Shown in pieces: positions 56,401 through 64,000 of a stretch of DNA of 64,000 nt. Every line of letters starts with the position of its first letter. The stretch's first letter is position 1. The stretch comes from Bacteroidales bacterium (GTDB taxonomy: Bacteria > Bacteroidota > Bacteroidia > Bacteroidales > WCHB1-69), in the NCBI GenBank assembly GCA_024685175.1, contig JAIKWD010000021.1, positions 7,192 through 71,191 of the forward strand, written 5' to 3'. The translations under genes were made by a program, and so were the position numbers. The notes under the pieces were generated by a model, which ran no database searches, had not been told where the DNA came from, and saw only the letters and a program-made list of their open reading frames with translations.

Positions 56401-57402
56401 CCTCACGTCGTAAATCGGCACGTGAACTACGGTGGCGAGGGCTTCGCGCAGTTGAAGGGAGTCGAGTTTCAGGCCGGAGGGCGAGGTGGGATTGACGCAC
56501 ATGGCCAACAGGTTCGGCTTCTTCACCACCATCAACTTGCCTCCTTTTTGCATGAATCCCTTTAAGACGAACGGGGTGACGAATACCTTGGTGAAGTCCT
56601 TGACAACCAGAGTGATGTCTTTGATGTTGGGCTGCATACGAAGGTAATCCAGCATATTGTCTGTTATGATTCCGCTCACGAACAGGGTGTTGCCGTGACT
56701 AAAGAGTTTGTCCTTGCACTTGGTGAACAGCAGGGATGATGCGATGGGCAACCTATGCAGTTCGTCGTTCTCGATGGCGTAGATACCCGATGCGCTCTGC
56801 GTGAGTTCATCCTTCATGGATGTTTCGTATTCAGGTAGTTGCGTTAATTGGAAAACGAAGCCGGTTTTGGATACGATGGTATTGAGGTCGGGTGCGATGG
56901 CTGCTCCGGTGGTCAGCACCAACCCGTCGGTCACGGCAGGGGAGGCGGGACTCTTGCGCGACAAGGCACCATCCACGATGGTCAAGTCAATGTCCATCTC
57001 TTTCATTCGCGCGATCATATCGCGTATCCGGTTTGTGGAAGAGGGCCCGGACAGGATGACTTTGCCCTCTTGGAGCACGCGTGCGGTGACCAGCCGGCCC
57101 AATGACGTCGTCTCCTCGGATAGCTCGCATATCTCTGACAACAGTCTACGCTGGCGGTAATGATACTCTGAAGTGACAAAATAGGTGCCTTCGGACAAGG
57201 TGACTTCGGGCTTTTCCGTCTGTGTCACCAAGTCTGTCTTTTCGCCATCGATGCCGATGGAGGTCACGGAGATGATCTTGTCCGTGGCCTTGAGATGTTC
57301 GAGGATGTAGTTCAGACACACCGTCTTGCCGGTATTCTTGGCCATACCTACAATCGACAAACTCCGCAAGGGCAAAATCCTATTTATCAAATCATTGTCC
57401 AT
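56395..57402 (-). CDS. hypothetical protein with degenerate P-loop-like N-terminus
   Basis: 335 aa. LSIVGMAKNTGKTVCLNYI resembles the G-x-x-x-x-GKT loop of MobB/CobQ/dethiobiotin-synthase-like NTPases. The rest is unrecognised. Confidence 0.5.
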   Translation of the reverse strand: MDNDLINRILPLRSLSIVGMAKNTGKTVCLNYILEHLKATDKIISVTSIGIDGEKTDLVTQTEKPEVTLSEGTYFVTSEYHYRQRRLLSEICELSEETTSLGRLVTARVLQEGKVILSGPSSTNRIRDMIARMKEMDIDLTIVDGALSRKSPASPAVTDGLVLTTGAAIAPDLNTIVSKTGFVFQLTQLPEYETSMKDELTQSASGIYAIENDELHRLPIASSLLFTKCKDKLFSHGNTLFVSGIITDNMLDYLRMQPNIKDITLVVKDFTKVFVTPFVLKGFMQKGGKLMVVKKPNLLAMCVNPTSPSGLKLDSLQLREALATVVHVPIYDVRS

Positions 57403-57420
57403 ATTCCGGCGGCTATAAAT

Positions 57421-57444
57421 TCATTCCTCATTCCTCATTCCCCA
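57421..57444. repeat. 7-nt tandem repeat TCATTCC x3
   Basis: tcattcctcattcctcattcccca. Same word as 56375-56383. Confidence 0.8.
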
Positions 57445-57446
57445 TC

Positions 57447-58739
57447 CTATGCTTCTCGCTTCATCAATCCTTCAATCTCTTCCACTTCCACGGGTGTTCC
57501 TGCCATCAGGTCAATCGGCTTGTCGCCAACGACCACGTCTGTCTCGATGCGCACGCCGATGCCTTCTTCGGCGATGTAGATGCCAGGCTCGCAACTGAGC
57601 ACGTTGCCGGGTTGGAACACCCAGTCGCGCTGACCCACATCGTGCACGTCCAGTCCGATGAAATGGCTGGTGTTGTGCATATAGTATTTCTTGAAGCAAG
57701 GCATTGCGGGATCCTGGTTCTTGACATCCTCCCATGTGTAGAGCCCCAGCTTGATGAGCTCTTCGTCCATCCTCTTGAAGACGAAGTCGTTTATCTTGTG
57801 GATGGTCATCCCGGGTTTGAAACGCGGGATGGTCTCCTTGTATATGGAGAGCACGGCCTCATAGACTTGCTTTTGTCGGGGGGAGAACTTGCCGTTCACG
57901 GGCACGGTGCGCGAGCAGTCGCCGGCATAGTTGGCGTATTCGGCTCCGAAGTCCATTAACAGCAGGTCGCCGTCCTTCATTATCTTGTCATTCTTGATAT
58001 AGTGCAGGATGCAAGTGTCAGCTCCGGCGGCCACGATGGGGGCAAAAGAATGCGTTGTGCCTCCGTTGCGTACCAATTCGTAGGTCATCGCGGCCTCCAC
58101 CTCGTACTCGTAACGTCCGGGTTGGATGGCGGCCAAGGCACTCTCGAACATCTTGCGCGTGATGTCGCATGCATACTTCATCGCCACAAGTTCCTCGGCG
58201 GACTTCACGGCGCGAAGAGGGTATAGGATCGGCGCAAGACGACGATAGTCGTGCAACGGATAGTCCGCCTTCAACTGCTTGGCAAAACGAATCTCGTGCG
58301 TGGGGAAATCAGGCTTGATGCGAGGATCCTCGGGAATATGCAAGTACACGTGCTCCGCGTGCATCATCAGGTCGTTCAATACCCCTTCAAATTGATCTAT
58401 GAACATAACGGTTTGAATGCCGGATAACTCAGAGGCTTGCTCCTTGCTCAATCGATGACCGAACCAGACAATCTTCTCCGGCGACGGATTCTTTATGAAA
58501 AGAATCTCACGATAGGCCGGATTGGGATGCCAAGGTGCCAAGGTTAGATAGGTGTCCTCTTGGTCAATGCCCGACAAATAGAGCAGGTCGGAGTTTTGGC
58601 GGAAAGGATGTGTGGTGTCACCACATCGCGGATATTCGTCGTGAGAGACCAACACAGCGATGGAGTTGCGCTCAAGTTCGCTCACCACATTCTTACGGTT
58701 GCGAATGTAGAATTGTGCTGGCAGAGGTTTGTATCGCAT
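57447..58739 (-). CDS. pepP: Xaa-Pro aminopeptidase (M24B family)
   Basis: Metal ligand contexts are LLLMDFGAEYANYAGDCSRT, HFIGLDVHD, VLSCEPGIY and GIGVRIETD. Confidence 0.85.
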   Translation of the reverse strand: MRYKPLPAQFYIRNRKNVVSELERNSIAVLVSHDEYPRCGDTTHPFRQNSDLLYLSGIDQEDTYLTLAPWHPNPAYREILFIKNPSPEKIVWFGHRLSKEQASELSGIQTVMFIDQFEGVLNDLMMHAEHVYLHIPEDPRIKPDFPTHEIRFAKQLKADYPLHDYRRLAPILYPLRAVKSAEELVAMKYACDITRKMFESALAAIQPGRYEYEVEAAMTYELVRNGGTTHSFAPIVAAGADTCILHYIKNDKIMKDGDLLLMDFGAEYANYAGDCSRTVPVNGKFSPRQKQVYEAVLSIYKETIPRFKPGMTIHKINDFVFKRMDEELIKLGLYTWEDVKNQDPAMPCFKKYYMHNTSHFIGLDVHDVGQRDWVFQPGNVLSCEPGIYIAEEGIGVRIETDVVVGDKPIDLMAGTPVEVEEIEGLMKREA

Positions 58740-58842
58740 AATATGTTGTTGTTAAGTTAAAAAGTCCATCAAAAAAGCAGGCAAAGATACGAAAAAGAAT
58801 GGAGATATTAACCGCCGATATCAGGCCGACATTATACATCAT

Positions 58843-58902
58843 ATTATCGATTATTGATTATTTATTATTTATTATTTATTTTTATCATCGATTATCTATT
58901 AA
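58843..58902. repeat. AT-rich ATTAT(C/T)(G/T)ATT word repeats
   Basis: attatcgattattgattatttattatttattatttatttttatcatcgattatctatt. Confidence 0.7.
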
Positions 58903-58985
58903 CGAACATCATTTGCGGTTTCATTTTATTTTTTATACATTTGCAGTCTCAAATTAAGTGTTCATCTAATTAAGAACCTAACATT

Positions 58986-59585
58986 ATGTATTACTACAAA
59001 TTTAAAGTCTATTATGACGAGGTTGAGGATTTTGTGCGGGACATCGAAATCCTGGCCAACGACAACTTTGAATCACTGCACAAGCTTCTCTACGAATGTA
59101 TTGGGTTGAAAGGCAATGAGTTTGCCGCATTTTCTATTTGTGATCCTAAATGGAATAAGCAGAAAGAGATTACGCTGATGGACACTTCCGACGAGGATGA
59201 CATGGAAGAACCCGAATACGATGAGTCAGACTCTTTCAGCACGAAGAGCCGCCTGCCTAAGTTCGTGATGAAGGATTCTCTCCTCAAGAATTTCATTACC
59301 GATCCTCATCAGCACATTCTGTATGAGTATGATTTCATGAATCCCAAGATCTTCTACCTCGAATTGCAGAAGACCCTGCAAACCGATAGTGCCGAAGGGT
59401 TTCCGCGTTGCACCTTCAAGTCTATGGAGCTGCCTGTCCAGTTGAATGTCTCCAATGTGCCTAATCCAGAAGATCCGGAACTGGAAGATCTGGACGATTT
59501 GGAGGAGGAAGAAGACGATTTGTTCGGCGATGAAGGTTTCAACGATGATGATTTCGGCGATTTGAATGAGTACAGTGAGTACTAG
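58986..59585 (+). CDS. hypothetical protein with strongly acidic C-terminal tail
   Basis: 199 aa with a TACATTTG box at 58936-58943. The tail is NPEDPELEDLDDLEEEEDDLFGDEGFNDDDFGDLNEYSEY. It overlaps the miaA start by 20 nt. Confidence 0.5.
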   Translation: MYYYKFKVYYDEVEDFVRDIEILANDNFESLHKLLYECIGLKGNEFAAFSICDPKWNKQKEITLMDTSDEDDMEEPEYDESDSFSTKSRLPKFVMKDSLLKNFITDPHQHILYEYDFMNPKIFYLELQKTLQTDSAEGFPRCTFKSMELPVQLNVSNVPNPEDPELEDLDDLEEEEDDLFGDEGFNDDDFGDLNEYSEY

Positions 59586-60432
59586 TAAAACGCTGCGTAT
59601 TATCACCGGCCCCACGGCGGTGGGAAAGACAGAATATACCATCCAACAGGCGGAAATGTTGGGCACGCCCATCATCTCCGCCGACTCGCGCCAGATGTAT
59701 CGCGAAATGCAAATCGGCACGGCCGCGCCGACAGCCGACGAGTTGGCACGCGTGAAACACTATTTCGTCGGCAATCTCTCTATTCACGACTATTACAACG
59801 TCTCTATGTTCGAACAACAAGTGCTGGAACTGCTCGAGACGCTTTTTGTTGACCATCCCGTCGTCATTATGACCGGAGGCAGTCCTCAATATCTCGATGC
59901 CGTGTGCAATGGCATCGACACCTTGCCCGATCCCGTCCTGGCCATACGCGATTATGTCAATAACCTATTCAAAGTCAATGGGCTGGAAGGCTTGGAAGCC
60001 CAACTGTCGCAATTGGACCCTGTATATTATGCTAAAGTGGATCATCACGACCACAAGCGTATGAAACGCGCCATCGAGGTGAGCCTTCAGATGAAAAAGC
60101 CCTATTCCGAATGCCTGAACCAAGAGCGGCAACCGCGCGATTTCAAAATCGAAAAATACTATCTGAACAGACCCCGCGAGGTCCTCTTTGACCGTATCGG
60201 CAGACGAGTGGATGCAATGATGGAACTTGGCTTGTTGGAAGAAGCCAAGCGACTGTATCCCTTTAAAGACTTAAATGCCTTGAATACAGTTGGATACAAA
60301 GAGATGTTTGACTATCTGGACGGAAAATGTTCTCTTGAACAAGCTGTGGAAGACATAAAAACCCATACGCGTCGCTATGCCAAGCGGCAACTAACGTGGT
60401 TTAAACGTGATTATCAGGAAATTATGTTATAG
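59566..60432 (+). CDS. miaA: tRNA dimethylallyltransferase
   Basis: IITGPTAVGKTEYTI (P-loop) and ISADSRQMYREMQIGTAAPT. Confidence 0.9.
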   Translation: MSTVSTSKTLRIITGPTAVGKTEYTIQQAEMLGTPIISADSRQMYREMQIGTAAPTADELARVKHYFVGNLSIHDYYNVSMFEQQVLELLETLFVDHPVVIMTGGSPQYLDAVCNGIDTLPDPVLAIRDYVNNLFKVNGLEGLEAQLSQLDPVYYAKVDHHDHKRMKRAIEVSLQMKKPYSECLNQERQPRDFKIEKYYLNRPREVLFDRIGRRVDAMMELGLLEEAKRLYPFKDLNALNTVGYKEMFDYLDGKCSLEQAVEDIKTHTRRYAKRQLTWFKRDYQEIML

Positions 60433-60484
60433 GTAGCCGTTGTTCGGGTGGAACCTCCAACGTTTCCGAATACACCCTTAATAA

Positions 60485-61222
60485 TTATCGCTTAGCCAAC
60501 AAATCACGAATCACTACGGAGGCGGCGACGCAGCCGAAGGCGGCGGGCATATAGGAGATGGTGCCCACGGTCGACAGCTTGTTGATTTCGGCGTCCTGTT
60601 CGATGATTATGGCCTCTTCGGGCACGGGCTCGGGCGAGAACACGACCGTAACCCCTTTTCGCACGCCCAGCCGGTAGAGGCGCTTGCGCACCATCTTGGC
60701 TAGGGCGCAGTGGTGCGACTTGGCGATGTCGGCGACTTCAATGCTGCAAGGGTCCATCTTTCCGCCGGCGCCCATCACCGACACCAAGGGCAACTTGCGC
60801 TGGCACGCCTCGAATATGAGGTAGACTTTGGGCGATAGCGTGTCGATGGCATCCACAACATAGTCGTAGCGTGCGGCGTCGAGGAGCGCAGAGGTACGCT
60901 CGTCGCGGACGAACTCCTCGATGCAGTGGAGCCGCAACTCCGGGTTGATGTCCAGCAGTCGCTTGGCCATCACCTGCACTTTGCTCTGCCCGACCGTGGA
61001 GTGCAAGGCGGGCAGCTGACGGTTGATGTTGGAGACACTCACCACGTCGGCATCCACGATGGTCATCTCGCCAATGCCCGCGCGACAGAGCATCTCGACG
61101 CTGTAAGCACCCACACCGCCTAAGCCGACCTGCAAGACGTGCATCTTGGACAACTTATCCAACTGCTCGTTGCCGACCAGCAAGGCCGTTCTCGTCAACC
61201 ATTCTTTATCCGCCATTATCAT
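60485..61222 (-). CDS. tcdA: tRNA threonylcarbamoyladenosine dehydratase (ThiF/MoeB-family, TcdA-like)
   Basis: VLQVGLGGVGAYSVEMLCRAGIGEMTIVDADVVSVSNINRQ. Confidence 0.8.
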   Translation of the reverse strand: MIMADKEWLTRTALLVGNEQLDKLSKMHVLQVGLGGVGAYSVEMLCRAGIGEMTIVDADVVSVSNINRQLPALHSTVGQSKVQVMAKRLLDINPELRLHCIEEFVRDERTSALLDAARYDYVVDAIDTLSPKVYLIFEACQRKLPLVSVMGAGGKMDPCSIEVADIAKSHHCALAKMVRKRLYRLGVRKGVTVVFSPEPVPEEAIIIEQDAEINKLSTVGTISYMPAAFGCVAASVVIRDLLAKR

Positions 61223-62550
61223 TGTTGTTTATGGATCTGATTCAAATAAACTTGATTGTACATCTCTTTAAAAGTCCTCGCAGTGCTGTGGTTGTGCCAT
61301 AACAGGACGAAATCTCCTTCTACGGCAAAGCAACGTTCCCGCAGTTGGTCTATGAGTCGGTTGCTCTCCTCAATGCCCAAATGCAAATAGTCGATCAGAC
61401 TGCCATCCATCACGATGAGGGGATGCTCCATAACGGCGGTTGCGCGGTCGTTTTGGATATCAAAGAGCGGGTGAGGGTGGCACGTGCCGCAGCGGAATCC
61501 GGGCTGGTCGGCATAGCCTAACGTGTAGTCGTCGGAGATGTGATTCGACTCCCATACGAGCGGCGTATCCGCGTTGAACCTCAGATAGTGTTGGCGGCTT
61601 TGCATTATAGGACGGCCGGCTACCTGTTCGAGCCGGTCTTTCTCGATGCCAAAGACTTCCGGATTGTTATAACTCCGATAACTGCCGTGCAGTCCAAGGC
61701 CCATCCCCGCATCCAGAATTTGTTCGATGCAGTAGCGCACGCGCGAGTCGTCGATGTCGTAGGTGCAGTCGGACTCTCCTTTCTTTTGCGCTTTGAAGAA
61801 AAAGATGGAGAATAGATTATGTTCCTTCGATTGCCGAATCAACTCCAAGATAGCCAGAATATAAGGGTCTTTGCACTTGTCTTCCTTGAAGGCCTTGTAT
61901 TCTTTGAAAGATGCTTTGGTCAATTGTATGTTTTTGTCTATCAATAGGTCTCTGCCCAAAATAGACTTATATGCTTGCCAGGGATTGTTGAAACGGTAGA
62001 GGATATCGATGTCGTGGGTGGGAATAAAACGTGGTGTGCGAGGCGTGAGGCTCCATTGGGGATGAAGTAGCTCATTGACCCATTGGCGCAGCAGCATTGC
62101 GTACTCATCCACGAGGGGCAAGTGTATGATGTCGTACTTGGCGGGGATGCTGGCAGGGTAGGGCAGGCGGTCGTGCGAATCGCGCGGCGTTGTGTCATAC
62201 TCTTGCGCTTGAGTCAGCAGCCAATAAGAAGGGGTGATGAGGTCATAAGGGATCTTTAGGACGTTTTCCGTGGTAGAGATGGTCTCTTGTTGTGCTTCGG
62301 CGGTCCGGAATACGGGAATCTCCACCCGTCCGTCGGCGCTGGCTATGTTCAGCGGATGCGCAAGGCCCATGCGGAAGACTTCGGCCTCGTCATCCGTCAT
62401 CAGCGGAAGATGCACCTCACCAGCGTTCTGTAGGTGCAGTTCCAAGACCGCCTCGTTCCGATCATACGAGTATTCCAAGGCCCCTTCGGTGGGAAAGGCG
62501 ACCTTCACGAGTTGGGAAAGGGTGTATGACAGTGCGTTTTGGGTAAGCAT
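61219..62550 (-). CDS. putative polysaccharide deacetylase-like protein
   Basis: 443 aa. IPTHDIDILY resembles the NodB-type T-x-D-x-D motif, and GLHGSY resembles the second His motif. The assignment is tentative. Confidence 0.45.
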   Translation of the reverse strand: MLTQNALSYTLSQLVKVAFPTEGALEYSYDRNEAVLELHLQNAGEVHLPLMTDDEAEVFRMGLAHPLNIASADGRVEIPVFRTAEAQQETISTTENVLKIPYDLITPSYWLLTQAQEYDTTPRDSHDRLPYPASIPAKYDIIHLPLVDEYAMLLRQWVNELLHPQWSLTPRTPRFIPTHDIDILYRFNNPWQAYKSILGRDLLIDKNIQLTKASFKEYKAFKEDKCKDPYILAILELIRQSKEHNLFSIFFFKAQKKGESDCTYDIDDSRVRYCIEQILDAGMGLGLHGSYRSYNNPEVFGIEKDRLEQVAGRPIMQSRQHYLRFNADTPLVWESNHISDDYTLGYADQPGFRCGTCHPHPLFDIQNDRATAVMEHPLIVMDGSLIDYLHLGIEESNRLIDQLRERCFAVEGDFVLLWHNHSTARTFKEMYNQVYLNQIHKQQ

Positions 62551-62570
62551 ATCGCGGACTTAAAGATGCG

Positions 62571-62612
62571 CAAAGATAGCATTTTTTCAACCAAACTATT
62601 TTTGTATTTTTG
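62571..62612. promoter_or_regulatory. divergent promoter pair (deacetylase-like gene on minus; M16 peptidase on plus)
   Basis: CAAAGATA at 62571-62578, and TATTTTTG at 62597-62604 and 62605-62612. Confidence 0.4.
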
Positions 62613-62634
62613 TCGCTTTGAAATTAACAACTGT

Positions 62635-64000
62635 ATGAAAAAATTGCTTGTCTCCCTGTTGCTGGTATGCTTGATTTTCCCTATCACGCTGTCGGCCCAA
62701 AAGAAATACGATTATGTGTCCTATTCGCACGATGCGATGAATGTGCGCATCTACACGTTGGACAATGGATTGAAAGTTTTCCTCTCCGTCTACAAGGACG
62801 CTCCGCGCATTCAGTGCCTCATCCCGGTGCGTGTGGGCAGCAAGAACGATCCGGCCGAGACCACGGGCCTGGCCCACTATTTGGAACATCTGATGTTCAA
62901 GGGCACGCCCAACTTCGGCACGACGAACTATGAGGCCGAGAAGCCGCTGCTTGACGAGGTCGAGCGCCTGTTCGAGGTCTATCGCCACGAACGTGGCCAG
63001 CACGAGCGCGATAGCATCTACCATCTTATCGATAGCATCTCGTATGTGGCTTCCGGCTATGCCATTCCCAACGAGTACGATAAGATGATGAAGTACATCG
63101 GTTCGCAGGGCACTAACGCCGCCACTTCCAACGACTATACGATGTATATCGAAAATATTCCCTCCAACCAACTCGAGAATTGGGCGGCCATACAGGTGGA
63201 TCGCTTTCTCCATCCCGTGATTCGTATTTTCCATACCGAATTGGAAGCGGTTTACGAGGAAAAGAACAACTCGCTGGCCAGTGACAGCCGCAAAGCCAAC
63301 GAGACGATGCTTGCCGCCTTGTTTCCCCATCATCCCTATGGCCAGCAGACAACCCTCGGTCGCATCGAACATCTCAAGAATCCCTCCATCACCAATATCA
63401 AGAAATTCTTTGACACATACTATGTGCCCAATAATATGGCCGTCTGCTTGGCCGGCGACTTCGACTATGACGAGGCCATTGCCATCGTGGACAAGTATTT
63501 CGGACAACTAAAGCCCAAGGATGTTCCTCATTATCATATTGTTAAAGAAGAGCCAATCACATCGCCCATTGTACGCGAGGTGGTCGGTCACGAGGCAGAG
63601 TTCGTCACCGTCTCCTTCCGTATGGATATGAAAGGCAACGACAAAGCGCAATATACGCTGGACTTGCTGGGCGATATCCTGTCCAACGGCAAGTGCGGCC
63701 TGATGGACATCAATCTGAACCAAAACCATAAGGTGAACCGTGCTTCCGCCTATCCGTATACGCTGAGTGATAATACGGCGTTCGTGTTGAGTGGCCGTCC
63801 AAATGCCAACCAATCATTGGAGGAAGTCAAAGAGTTGCTATTGAATCAGTTGGAAATGCTCAAAAATGGCGAATTTGATGAATCGTTGCTTGCGGCAGCC
63901 TTAAATAACTACAAGATCTCTGAAATGCGGACATTACAAAGCAATAACGGCCGTGCTCGCAAATTGGCTCACTGCTTTGAGTATGACATTGATTGGTACT
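62635..64000 (+). CDS. M16 family (insulinase/pitrilysin-like) zinc peptidase, 3' end outside window
   Basis: Own translation from the ATG at 62635: MKKLLVSLLLVCLIFPITLSAQKK...GSKNDPAETTGLAHYLEHLMFKGT, with the inverted zinc motif HxxEH. The frame stays open to the window end. This ORF is missing from the supplied track. Confidence 0.85.
   Translation, partial: MKKLLVSLLLVCLIFPITLSAQKKYDYVSYSHDAMNVRIYTLDNGLKVFLSVYKDAPRIQCLIPVRVGSKNDPAETTGLAHYLEHLMFKGTPNFGTTNYEAEKPLLDEVERLFEVYRHERGQHERDSIYHLIDSISYVASGYAIPNEYDKMMKYIGSQGTNAATSNDYTMYIENIPSNQLENWAAIQVDRFLHPVIRIFHTELEAVYEEKNNSLASDSRKANETMLAALFPHHPYGQQTTLGRIEHLKNPSITNIKKFFDTYYVPNNMAVCLAGDFDYDEAIAIVDKYFGQLKPKDVPHYHIVKEEPITSPIVREVVGHEAEFVTVSFRMDMKGNDKAQYTLDLLGDILSNGKCGLMDINLNQNHKVNRASAYPYTLSDNTAFVLSGRPNANQSLEEVKELLLNQLEMLKNGEFDESLLAAALNNYKISEMRTLQSNNGRARKLAHCFEYDIDWY

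Overview
This window looks like a chromosomal segment of a Bacteroidota genome, Prevotella/Porphyromonas-like. The evidence is repeated TAnnTTTG -7 promoter boxes, type IX secretion (T9SS) components and C-terminal sorting domains, and the overall gene content. Most of it is housekeeping: mreD, porZ-like, recO, galM/galK, pyrG, gyrB, ftsE, atpHAG, pyrE, dnaN, RNase P RNA, murC, tpiA, pepP, miaA and tcdA.

Four things stand out:
- A tightly packed five-gene operon (18990-30495). It joins a membrane sensor PP2C phosphatase/RsbW-like kinase fusion, a STAS protein and an alginate-export-type outer-membrane channel to a 2426-aa C-A-T-C-A-T-R nonribosomal peptide synthetase (NRPS) and an Sfp-type PPTase.
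- Two divergent 5' fragments of urocanate hydratase (hutU) fused tail-to-tail as a spacer-less ~1.2-kb imperfect palindrome (6885-8096).
- Many families of 7-16-nt 'word-like' tandem micro-repeats at gene boundaries. Several lie in frame inside coding sequences (recO x3, S8 peptidase x3, galM tail), and some occur as direct or inverted pairs around gene blocks.
- A visibly AT-richer two-gene island (8788-10888) that encodes an unrecognisable 478-aa membrane protein.

I found no CRISPR array, tRNA, rRNA, transposase or integrase. Many long ORFs in the track are antisense shadows of GC-rich genes.
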